64,000 bases of DNA from a virus. Both the position numbers and the translations under genes were made by a program. Below, in pieces: positions 26,850-35,804 of this stretch. The stretch is from IMG/VR virus record IMGVR_UViG_3300025770_000656; one strand, given 5' to 3'. The notes under the pieces were generated by a model. It did not search any database. It saw only the letters and a list, made by a program, of their open reading frames with translations, and was not told where the DNA came from. The first letter of the stretch is position 1; each line of letters begins with the position of its first letter.

Positions 26850-28547
26850 TTATGGTATTTCAGATTTAAATAGTTCTTTAAATTGTGCTGTAGCACTTGA
26901 TTTTAAACTTGACACTGTATTTGACACTGTATTTGATACTATCTGTTGGGCGGCTTCGCCAGCACCTGTTAGTAACTGTTGACCAGTACTCTGCAGATTT
27001 TTTGCAATATCAAGACCCTGATTTAATACTGGTATAGGCAATTTAGGTTGTTTAACTTTTAATTCTCCAGAATCAGGAACATCTGAAACGGAAACTGTAG
27101 TAAACGTTGATTCTTGTGTTACATTCCCGTGTCCATTAAATGGCTCATGTGTTGGTGCTCTGTCAACTGTAGTACGCAAGGCGCCACTGTTTTGTACCCA
27201 AAACCCTTTACTGTCTTGCTTAACATCGTTTTTACCTTGTACAGGTATACTGTTTTGTTTCATTGCAGAGCCGGCGGAACCATTAAGGGCAATACAGCTA
27301 GCTGATAAGTCCATGTTACCGCCTGCTTTAATTCCTACAGTGCTACCACCTGACATGTTAAGACTAGCGCCTGATTTAATATTTGTTCCTTTGCCGCCGA
27401 ATAAAAAAGTTTGTCCATCACTGTATAAGTTAGCCATGGCTTTTCCTTCTAAATGTAAACTAGCACCACTTACCATTTGTATTTGTTTACCAGCGTGAAA
27501 CTTCATAGTACTGTCTGCATGGAAGTTCATACTACGGCTACGGAAATTTATACTTGATTTGCTAAAAATGTCTAACTGTCCATTGGCATCCATTTGAACC
27601 CAGGATGTTCCTTTACTATTTCCGATATAAATTATATCTTCAGTATCGTGTAACAATATCTGATGTCCACCACCAGTACGAAATCTCATTAAGTTATTGT
27701 TGCCTTTAATATCACCGTCATCCATAACAAGGGTATGTCCTTGTTTTCTTCCCATTCTTCCTTCAACTGCTTTAGCATCGGAGTTACTAAGATCTGTGCC
27801 ATTCTCTAGCTTATCTAATACGTCTTTTCGATTAGCAATATCCTGACCACGCATATCAGTGCGTCTACCTTTTGTTGTAATACCAAACACTTCGCTTGGC
27901 GTCTCACGCATTGCATTACTGCTACTTAAACCACGAACTTCGTCTTGGTCAATGCCCTGTGTTTTTAATTGTACACTGCGAGTAATGTTAACACCTCGTT
28001 GTGGTTTGCTAAAGTTAGTTAGTTTTCTAACATCATGCTCTTTGTCATTAAACTCTAGCCCTGGTGCTTTATCGTGTCTAACTAAAGATTCTAATCCAGT
28101 TTTATCAAAGTTACTAGTCATACTAGCTTCTGGAAGAGTTTGCATCATATATGGATCTGGCGCACAAGCAAACCAAACGCCTTCTTGGTTTTTTCCTGAT
28201 GGAAAAACACATAATACTTTGGATCCTACGTCAGGGCAAGGATAAACTATACCGCTGGTATTTTTTACAGCAGTTTCACTGCCACCTGGCGCTAACGCAT
28301 CTGTTCTACTATAAAAAGGCGTGGCATATCTAACTATCCTCCACTGAATAGAGTCTTCTTCTCTCCTGTTAGAATCGTCTCCAACATTTGGCACAAATAC
28401 TTCCAGAACTCCCATGCCACTCGGATGAGCGTTTTTTTTAACTTTGCCAATTACTACACCTCGTTCTTCCCTAACTCCTGGTGTATTTTCTGATTTATAG
28501 GCTTGGTCTCCGCCTTTAGCTCCGGGAATTTGTGTTGCTATACTCAT
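26850..28547 (-). CDS. gp5: Baseplate hub/tail spike, gp5/VgrG-like (OB-fold plus beta-helix)
   Basis: N-terminal GVVIGKVK..HPSGMGVLEVF...PCPDVGSKVLCVF; GHTLVMDDGD...RFRTGGGHQILLHD; 8-residue beta-helix repeats; RAPTHEP near the C-terminus. Confidence 0.8.
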   Translation of the reverse strand: MSIATQIPGAKGGDQAYKSENTPGVREERGVVIGKVKKNAHPSGMGVLEVFVPNVGDDSNRREEDSIQWRIVRYATPFYSRTDALAPGGSETAVKNTSGIVYPCPDVGSKVLCVFPSGKNQEGVWFACAPDPYMMQTLPEASMTSNFDKTGLESLVRHDKAPGLEFNDKEHDVRKLTNFSKPQRGVNITRSVQLKTQGIDQDEVRGLSSSNAMRETPSEVFGITTKGRRTDMRGQDIANRKDVLDKLENGTDLSNSDAKAVEGRMGRKQGHTLVMDDGDIKGNNNLMRFRTGGGHQILLHDTEDIIYIGNSKGTSWVQMDANGQLDIFSKSSINFRSRSMNFHADSTMKFHAGKQIQMVSGASLHLEGKAMANLYSDGQTFLFGGKGTNIKSGASLNMSGGSTVGIKAGGNMDLSASCIALNGSAGSAMKQNSIPVQGKNDVKQDSKGFWVQNSGALRTTVDRAPTHEPFNGHGNVTQESTFTTVSVSDVPDSGELKVKQPKLPIPVLNQGLDIAKNLQSTGQQLLTGAGEAAQQIVSNTVSNTVSSLKSSATAQFKELFKSEIP

Positions 28548-28562
28548 GGTATTCCTCTTATA

Positions 28563-31391
28563 TTAATTTAATATTTCATCTACTGCACGACGTTGTGATG
28601 CAGTTAAAGCATCTTCCTCAGTAGGTTGTTCTTCGAAATCGTCACTAACATCACCATTGAATGATAGTTTTTTAAACTCATCAGTTTCATTATCAGCATC
28701 CGTAAATAGGTTGGAAACGGCTCCCGCAGTATTGGATAATAGTCCACTTAAACTATTAACAGATTGACCTAGAGATTTTTGTAATTGCAGGAATCCAAAA
28801 ACTGTTGAAATTAATTCTTGTTGTGCTTCTTTGCGTTCTGTATTAGCAATACTTTCTTTGCTTCTTCCAACTTTGCCTTCAATGGGTTGCATTTTTGCTC
28901 TAAATCCGGTTAACACCTGAGTAAAAGTTCCAGATTGAAACGTACTTTTGATAGATGTAACTTGATAAACTCCGTTAAACTGACTATTAGTGTATAAGCT
29001 ACTAGAAGCTGACGGATTCATAAGACCAGTAAGTGGGTCATAATCTGTTGGTGTTTTTAAATTAACTTGTACATACGGCGGAGAAAGATCGTAATTAATA
29101 GTACCATCAGGCAAAAATGCTTCATTATATACTGAATTGTTATTCCCTTGCGGCTGAAACATTGCATCTCCACTTGGAAAATATGCTGGATCTCCTAGTA
29201 TATCTAGATCTAAATTTATTAAATCAAATCCATCAGTCATAACTGACTCAAAAAAGTCTTTCTTTCTTTTACTAGATGTAGAATCATCATTGACAATTGC
29301 TTCAGAATGACCTGGAACATCTTTAGCCTTAGCATGAACATTATTAATGTCTTTATCAGCAGTAGGTGAACCAGTACCAATAGTTCTAGCATTATGATAA
29401 GCCAAATCAAAATTTAATCTATAATTCTGTACCTCAGTATTATTACCTGAAAATATGTAGTCATATATTTTATGGATTCCTTTGCCTTTAGGAGCAACTG
29501 GTGTGGACCAAGGAAAATCCTGATAGTGAACTGTATTTACTATAACAGTGTATTCAGTATGAAACTTATACCTACCTTCTTTTTCATCCCACCCTAGAGA
29601 CTCTAAAATTTGAGGTATAATCTTAAACCATCGTAATCCGCCTTCAGAAGTCTGAACTTCCTGTAATCCTGCGTCGTCATTAATATTATAACTTAAATAG
29701 TTACTAGCAACAATCACATAGTTTAACAAGGATATAATATTAGTTCCAGCATTAATCTTAAATACATTATTTTCTTTATCTACAGTTAATTTTCCTTTAA
29801 CTGCATTGCTGATCGATTTATAGGCTTTTTGTGTAGCCTGCGGTGTGTTTAATGCATCAAATTTTTCTGTTTGTACTTTTGCATTTGCAATTTCTGGAGC
29901 AAACTTAAAACTTATCTTGTCAGCAATCATAGCGTCACTGGGAGACCTTTTACCTTCTTTATCTGTTTTAGGTTTAGTTTTTTCGTTGTAGAAATTATTC
30001 ATAGCATCTTGAAGTGTAGTATGTGCTTCACCAAAAACATTTTTTGTTGTTGTAACAGTTTTAAATTGTTGTTCTTCATCTTCATCAGACGTGTCGTCTA
30101 CTCGTTTAGACTCTGTTATAACTTTATCTTTAATACTTGCAGCCCCTTGAAATACGTCTTGTACAGTTCCAGCACTAACTTGTACGTTAATTGGTATAGT
30201 ACTAGTAATACTACTAAAGATATGATGACTATATGGCAGAGCTTGAACTTTATATCTAGAACCAGACTCAGTAACGTTAAAAGAGATTTGTATAATTTTA
30301 ATAGGAATATGCTTAGGAGTGATTTTTCCGTTTATTTCCCTGCCGTTGTCGTCATATCCCTTAAATGTTAACCTTAAAATATAAGGAGTTTCTAAATAAT
30401 TTTGTGACTCTTCTAATGCGTCTTTACTTGCATTTTTTAAACGTTCAAGTAATGTTACGCCATTAGGCTCATTAATTTCAAACTTAACTTCAACAGCGTT
30501 TGTATTTGTTGATCTAGTATTAGGAGACATAGCAACATTTGTCATTACTAAGTTGTCAATACCAAAATCTAGATCAAAGTGTTCTCCACCGTCTGATGCA
30601 ATACCGCCACTTCTAATAATTGGAGTAGAAAATCTTGGATTACTTAATATTTGATTTACACTCTGTGGAGCTTTTAGCAACTCTATATACCTTTTAGGAC
30701 TAGTCATAAAAAGTTCTAGATTATATGTATAGCTTGCAAAGTCATTTAAATCATTGACCCTGGGTTCAATTACAACTTCTGCTATATTAGCTGTTAGCCC
30801 GCTATTAGAATTTATCGCATTAGCACTATTGGCTTTACCCTGAGCTTTTTGTACGTTTGGAGCTGCAGATGATTGTGATTGCCCGGAGCCTCCGGAGCCA
30901 TCAATGTCTTCGCCGAAATCATCAGGGTCACCAACATCACTAACAACGCTAGCTTTTTTTAACTTTCTAGAATTATCAGTTTCATCACCTGATAATACAC
31001 TGTCACCGCCGCCAACCAACTCCCTGGAAACTTCTGCAGAAGATCTAGTCCTTTCTATTGCTCCGCTCGTAAACGTATCAGTTTCATTATCTACTAATGG
31101 TTCATTTTCAATACTGGTTACTGGATTAGGGACCTTGTTATTTTGAGGTCTAAATACATCAGGCCGCGGGATTGGAATAACTGGCGGCTTTATAGGTGGC
31201 GCCGGCGCAAATGGCGCAGGTGGTGGTTTTGGCGTAAATTTTTGTACTGGCGGCGGGTCCGCAGGTGCTGGCGCTGCTGGAGATAATCCGAGAGCAGCTA
31301 GTTCACTTTCTGCAACCTCTCTGCCGTCACTTAACCTAAACTTTTTAACAAATCCTAAATCTTTAACATGAGTAACTGTTAATTTAGCCAT
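28563..31391 (-). CDS. Baseplate hub-like protein (gp27-like by position) with Pro-rich N-terminal extension
   Basis: 942 aa between gp53-like and gp5; motifs NDLNDFASYTYNL, LDILGDPAYF and GVYQVTSIKSTFQSGTFTQVL. Confidence 0.55.
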   Translation of the reverse strand: MAKLTVTHVKDLGFVKKFRLSDGREVAESELAALGLSPAAPAPADPPPVQKFTPKPPPAPFAPAPPIKPPVIPIPRPDVFRPQNNKVPNPVTSIENEPLVDNETDTFTSGAIERTRSSAEVSRELVGGGDSVLSGDETDNSRKLKKASVVSDVGDPDDFGEDIDGSGGSGQSQSSAAPNVQKAQGKANSANAINSNSGLTANIAEVVIEPRVNDLNDFASYTYNLELFMTSPKRYIELLKAPQSVNQILSNPRFSTPIIRSGGIASDGGEHFDLDFGIDNLVMTNVAMSPNTRSTNTNAVEVKFEINEPNGVTLLERLKNASKDALEESQNYLETPYILRLTFKGYDDNGREINGKITPKHIPIKIIQISFNVTESGSRYKVQALPYSHHIFSSITSTIPINVQVSAGTVQDVFQGAASIKDKVITESKRVDDTSDEDEEQQFKTVTTTKNVFGEAHTTLQDAMNNFYNEKTKPKTDKEGKRSPSDAMIADKISFKFAPEIANAKVQTEKFDALNTPQATQKAYKSISNAVKGKLTVDKENNVFKINAGTNIISLLNYVIVASNYLSYNINDDAGLQEVQTSEGGLRWFKIIPQILESLGWDEKEGRYKFHTEYTVIVNTVHYQDFPWSTPVAPKGKGIHKIYDYIFSGNNTEVQNYRLNFDLAYHNARTIGTGSPTADKDINNVHAKAKDVPGHSEAIVNDDSTSSKRKKDFFESVMTDGFDLINLDLDILGDPAYFPSGDAMFQPQGNNNSVYNEAFLPDGTINYDLSPPYVQVNLKTPTDYDPLTGLMNPSASSSLYTNSQFNGVYQVTSIKSTFQSGTFTQVLTGFRAKMQPIEGKVGRSKESIANTERKEAQQELISTVFGFLQLQKSLGQSVNSLSGLLSNTAGAVSNLFTDADNETDEFKKLSFNGDVSDDFEEQPTEEDALTASQRRAVDEILN

Positions 31392-31392
31392 G

Positions 31393-31698
31393 TTAAATTC
31401 CTAACACGGCTTGCAACGTTTCCTGTTTTGGTATGTATATTTGCTGTCCAACTATAAAGTCCCAGATAGGATCTTGAATAGTATTAGGATTTCTGACAGA
31501 AAACACCCACCACAAGTTGCTGTTATTATATAAATCATAGGCAAGCAAATCTGGCCTATACTGATAAGTTAGGTTTATTTTAAATAAAACATCGTCTTTA
31601 TGGCGAGGTATTGGTCGAGGCTGATACACATCCAGCGAAGTTCCATGAAATTGTGTAATAGCATATGGACTATCTGCTCTATATTCTACGTTAGCCAT
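31393..31698 (-). CDS. gp53: Baseplate wedge protein, gp53-like (LysM-type)
   Basis: YQYRPDLLAYDLYNNSNLWWVF..RNP..I.DP..DF..GQQIYIP. Confidence 0.7.
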   Translation of the reverse strand: MANVEYRADSPYAITQFHGTSLDVYQPRPIPRHKDDVLFKINLTYQYRPDLLAYDLYNNSNLWWVFSVRNPNTIQDPIWDFIVGQQIYIPKQETLQAVLGI

Positions 31699-32555
31699 TA
31701 AGGTGTAGTTCCTTTGCCAGATCGTGAGCCAATCATTTCTCCACGTGAGTATTTCTTTAAACTGAATTCTGTTTGTCTTTTTCTGCTGATTGCTGGTACT
31801 AACGTAACAGTAACTAGCATGCTAGTTGGCACTCGAGTTACATTGCCAATACTAGAACCAGAGCCGCCAGCTCTAGCGTCTATGTAATCAACACCTTGCT
31901 CAAAGTCTTGGTTAACAGTAGTTAACACTACAGGAACACTATTAAACATATATGGTCCATGTGCGCTAAATCTTAACACAGGGGGCGGTGTTCCGCGATT
32001 AGTATCTGTGCCAAAAAAACTTTTCGTTGCACTACGCAAGAAATTTAAAGTAGCTAAAACATACAAGGCTTCTGTTTCAGTGTTTGCTGTAAATGTGCCA
32101 GTGCATGTAATCTGATCAACACTGCTCATTCCATAGCTTTGTGTTTGATAGTTTGCATGTGTGAGTGCATTAGCAGTATAGGCTGCGGAATAACTAACGT
32201 TAATATTAGGAGTGTATGGCCAAACAACACCGTCTGTTTGACTTAGTGGTGCTAGCAGGGAGTTACCAGGATCTTTGTAAAAATGAGGTCCAACTCCTGG
32301 ACTAAGTGAAAGTTTAGCTCTTATGTCTTTAGCATTAGCAAAACTAACGTTGGCAATATCTTGAGGTGCTTGGCTATTTGCACCTCCAGGAAATAAACTA
32401 CTGTTAATTAACCTGTTAGCTTGAGATCCTAAAAACCCACGAGCAATTTTACTGCCAATCCCATCGCCAGGAATAGCTTTGTTTAGCCCTTTATCTACCA
32501 GGTTCTCTGTAGCGTCTGCTATCTGCCCAGTTATATTACTAAAATTAAATGCCAT
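31698..32555 (-). CDS. Tail tube initiator/baseplate-tube cap, gp48/gp54-like
   Basis: GVVWPYTPNINVSY...FLRSATK.FFG.D...GTPPPVLRFSAHGPYMFNSVPVVLT, a tube-like domain; position upstream of gp53. Confidence 0.55.
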   Translation of the reverse strand: MAFNFSNITGQIADATENLVDKGLNKAIPGDGIGSKIARGFLGSQANRLINSSLFPGGANSQAPQDIANVSFANAKDIRAKLSLSPGVGPHFYKDPGNSLLAPLSQTDGVVWPYTPNINVSYSAAYTANALTHANYQTQSYGMSSVDQITCTGTFTANTETEALYVLATLNFLRSATKSFFGTDTNRGTPPPVLRFSAHGPYMFNSVPVVLTTVNQDFEQGVDYIDARAGGSGSSIGNVTRVPTSMLVTVTLVPAISRKRQTEFSLKKYSRGEMIGSRSGKGTTP

Positions 32556-32577
32556 AAATATCACTACTCACAATATA

Positions 32578-32606
32578 TTGCTATTTGTATTTATTTGCCG
32601 TATAAT
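32578..32606 (+). promoter_or_regulatory. Sigma70-type promoter for the late sigma factor, overlapping an opposite-strand late promoter
   Basis: TTGCTA (32578-83), 17 nt, TATAAT (32601-06). A minus-strand ATAAATA at 32588-32594 lies in the spacer. Confidence 0.6.
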
Positions 32607-32636
32607 AGTAGCATATATTAAATAAAGGTGAAACAT

Positions 32637-33464
32637 ATGCGTAAACGGAATTACCTGAGCAATCATGACTTACTAGAAGAAATACACAAAAGCAAAAGTA
32701 CATTTTGCAGTTGGCTTAGTGAAGAAGACCAGCAATTTGACTCAATTTTACCAAATATTGACAAAGTTAATATTAGATCAGTAGCACAAGCAAAACGCAA
32801 TCGTGCTGATCGTTTAGCTAAAGCGGCATACAAAGAAGCATACGAGCGCGGAGATAAAGTTAAACAAGCAGAGTTCGCTATTGACTGGAAAAAAATTGAC
32901 AAAACTGAGGTTGTTTTTAGAATTATGACATATGATCATGTTCCTTTGCAACCTGGCAGAAAGAAAACAATTAAAACTGTAGCTGATTCTCATGTTCAGT
33001 TAAACTTTCCTCCATTCCAGCACTGGCGTTACACTAGTGATGGCGAGTTAATATGCGTGGGTAAAAGCCACTGGGAAGGTGGGTTAGAAAACGGCTGGTT
33101 TAACAAAGAACACGGCACACTTACAAATAAACTTGTACGTCAATTTATGAAACTTATTCAACGTTATGCTCAGCGTAGCAACTGGCGTTACTATACGTAC
33201 AATGACGAAATGCAGGGCACTGCCCTGCTTAATATGAGTCAGATGTGTTTAAAGTTTGACGAAAGTAAGTCACAAAATCCATTTGCATACTATACCGCAG
33301 TTATTACAAATAGCTTTACTCGTGTACTAAACACAGAGAAAAAAGGTCAAAAGATCAGAGATGATATTTTGGAAGCTAATGGACTTAATCCTAGTTATAC
33401 TAGACAGTATGAAAACGAGGAATCTAAGAATAAAGAGGCAAAAGCGGAGGCAGCTAAAACGTGA
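32637..33464 (+). CDS. gp55: Late-transcription sigma factor, T4 gp55-like
   Basis: NYLSNHDLLEEI N-terminus and YAQRSNWRYYTYNDEMQG...KFDESKSQNPFAYYTAVITNSFTRVLNTEKK; adjacent to gp47 as in T4-like genomes. Confidence 0.8.
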   Translation: MRKRNYLSNHDLLEEIHKSKSTFCSWLSEEDQQFDSILPNIDKVNIRSVAQAKRNRADRLAKAAYKEAYERGDKVKQAEFAIDWKKIDKTEVVFRIMTYDHVPLQPGRKKTIKTVADSHVQLNFPPFQHWRYTSDGELICVGKSHWEGGLENGWFNKEHGTLTNKLVRQFMKLIQRYAQRSNWRYYTYNDEMQGTALLNMSQMCLKFDESKSQNPFAYYTAVITNSFTRVLNTEKKGQKIRDDILEANGLNPSYTRQYENEESKNKEAKAEAAKT

Positions 33465-34471
33465 ATCTGTTTAAGAAAGCAATATTCTTTACCGACATAC
33501 ACTTTGGCCTAAAATCAAACAGCAAAATACACAACCAAGATTGTTTAAAATTTATAGACTTTATTATTGAAACAGCAAAGGCTAACGACTGCGAAACCTG
33601 TGTATTTTTAGGAGATTGGCATCACAATCGTGCAAGTTTAAATATTGGTACACTTAACTATAGTGTACAAGCATTTGACAAACTCAGTGAAAACTTTGCT
33701 AGTGTAATATTTTTACCAGGTAATCATGATGAACACTATCGTGATACTCGAGAGTTTAACAGTATTGTGTGGGCCAAGAAGTATGATAATGTTCGACTTT
33801 ATGATGACATTACTTTAGATAACGATGTCTGCGTTATGCCCTGGCTAGTAGGATCTGAATTTGCAAAAGTTCCTAAGATTGAAGCCAAGTACATGTTTGG
33901 TCATTTAGAACTGCCAAACTTTTACATGAACGCAATGGTGCGTATGCCTAACGTTGGTGAACTTAAACGTGAAGACTTAAAATGCGAGACAGTTTTTACT
34001 GGACACTTCCACAAGCGTCAAACAAGCCGCAATATTACATACATAGGAAATGCTTTCCCACACAATTATGCAGACGCTGGTGACGATGATCGCGGATGTA
34101 TGATACTTGAATGGGGAGGCGAGATCGAGTACATTGCATGGCCTGACGCTCCCAAGTACAGACGCTATATGCTCAGTAATATTTTGGAAGACACTGATAG
34201 CCTACTAAAACCTAATATGTATTGTCGTGTGGAACTTGACGTTGATATCAGTTACGAAGAAGCAAACTTTATTAAGGAAACACTGGTACCAGAATTTAAA
34301 CTACGTGAGCTTAGTCTTATTCCAAGAGTAGGAGTTGAAGATCATGCTCAGAGTTTTGAAGGAGAAGTTAACTTTGAAAGTGTGGATAGTATTGTTACAT
34401 CACACTTAACACAGTTAGATAGTCCTCAGTATGACAAAAACTTAATGTTGGATATCTACAGGAATCTATAA
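33461..34471 (+). CDS. gp47: Recombination nuclease subunit gp47 (Mre11/SbcD-like)
   Basis: Metallophosphoesterase motifs FTDIHFG, FLGDWHH, PGNHD, FGHLE and GHFH. Confidence 0.9.
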   Translation: MNLFKKAIFFTDIHFGLKSNSKIHNQDCLKFIDFIIETAKANDCETCVFLGDWHHNRASLNIGTLNYSVQAFDKLSENFASVIFLPGNHDEHYRDTREFNSIVWAKKYDNVRLYDDITLDNDVCVMPWLVGSEFAKVPKIEAKYMFGHLELPNFYMNAMVRMPNVGELKREDLKCETVFTGHFHKRQTSRNITYIGNAFPHNYADAGDDDRGCMILEWGGEIEYIAWPDAPKYRRYMLSNILEDTDSLLKPNMYCRVELDVDISYEEANFIKETLVPEFKLRELSLIPRVGVEDHAQSFEGEVNFESVDSIVTSHLTQLDSPQYDKNLMLDIYRNL

Positions 34472-34472
34472 A

Positions 34473-35186
34473 ATGCTTTGGGCTACTGGTTGCAGTCACA
34501 CATACGGTGACGACCTACAAGACAAATCGTCTGCTTGGCCATATTTGTTGGCAAAAAAACTTGGCATGAGTTGCAATAATAATGCAGTACCAGGAGGCAG
34601 TAATGAAAGAATATTGTATGAATCAGTTAAATTTAATACATGCGAACTTGTGGTAGTTGCTTGGACATACAAAGAAAGATTTACTAGATACGATAATTTA
34701 AACAACTTTCAAATAAATTTTAACCCTAGTTTAGCTCATACTGAGTATAGTGACCTGTATTATTTTAATCAATACGGAAAATTACACTATGCACATTGGT
34801 CTAATACTTTGTATGAGTTTAAAATTTGGCTACAACAAATAATAGTTCTACAGAAGTACTTTGAATCTAAGTCACAAAGATACTTAATGTTAAATGCTGC
34901 ACAAAATAACTACAATGCATTTGCATCATCCTGGTTAGAGTTTAACAATAATATTAAAGACCTAGTATGCTTTGATGTTATGAATGACGAGGAACTATAC
35001 CAAGAACATATAGAGATACAAAAATATATCGATGAAATTAATATGAAATGCTACTATAGTATTAATAATTTTCATATAACTGATCTTCATAATGTATATC
35101 CTGTTGGCAAAACTGGACATTTACTTGATGAAGGGCATCAACATCTGGCAAATAGGCTGTACGATTGTTTAAACTTAACACACTAA
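34473..35186 (+). CDS. SGNH/GDSL-like hydrolase (putative)
   Basis: Block I-like GCSHTYG, NNAVPGGSNERI, and C-terminal GHLLDEGHQHLA. Confidence 0.55.
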   Translation: MLWATGCSHTYGDDLQDKSSAWPYLLAKKLGMSCNNNAVPGGSNERILYESVKFNTCELVVVAWTYKERFTRYDNLNNFQINFNPSLAHTEYSDLYYFNQYGKLHYAHWSNTLYEFKIWLQQIIVLQKYFESKSQRYLMLNAAQNNYNAFASSWLEFNNNIKDLVCFDVMNDEELYQEHIEIQKYIDEINMKCYYSINNFHITDLHNVYPVGKTGHLLDEGHQHLANRLYDCLNLTH

Positions 35187-35228
35187 CAGTAAAAAAAGGT
35201 AAATACATTATAAGAAGGGGAACTTATA

Positions 35229-35804
35229 ATGTCTCGAATATATTCAAAACAAGAAATACAGATGCTTGAAAACACAGATCTATCCGCTAAATGTATTGGG
35301 GATCGATTAAACATATGTGCTGAGACTGTATATCGTTATAGACGGAAAAACGGTATAAAGACTGTTTATGCTAAACCTAATAGAAAACCAACTAGATCAA
35401 ATAGGGAAACTAGAACGTGTTGTAGGGATGAATGTGATAATACGTTTACAGTGATTAAATCACATAAAAAACGATATTGTTCTCGTTCATGTTTTTTTAT
35501 TGAAAATAATCCCGCACATAATGGAAAGCCAAGGTCAATACGCAATCCTGACAGGACCGAGTATAAAAGATATGCTGGTCAAGTTCACTTGATGAGCCAA
35601 AAGGTATACGAAGAGAATATTGATATTATAAACCCAAAATGTTATAATAGGGCAGTAGCCGGAACTAAAGGCGGTTGGCAGTTAGACCATATTAGAACTA
35701 TCAAAGAATGTTTTGAACAAGGCGTGTCTATAGAACAAGCGTCTTCTTTAGAAAATTTAAGAATGTTGCCTTGGAAAGAAAATTTGAAAAGGAATAAAAA
35801 ATGA
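35229..35804 (+). CDS. Free-standing HNH endonuclease with N-terminal HTH and Cys zinc-binding motif
   Basis: HTH-like IGDRLNICAETVYRYRRK; CCRDEC...RYCSRSC; C-terminal WQLDHIRTIKECF...SLENLRMLPWKENLKR. TAAATAC at 35200-35206 upstream. Confidence 0.75.
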   Translation: MSRIYSKQEIQMLENTDLSAKCIGDRLNICAETVYRYRRKNGIKTVYAKPNRKPTRSNRETRTCCRDECDNTFTVIKSHKKRYCSRSCFFIENNPAHNGKPRSIRNPDRTEYKRYAGQVHLMSQKVYEENIDIINPKCYNRAVAGTKGGWQLDHIRTIKECFEQGVSIEQASSLENLRMLPWKENLKRNKK

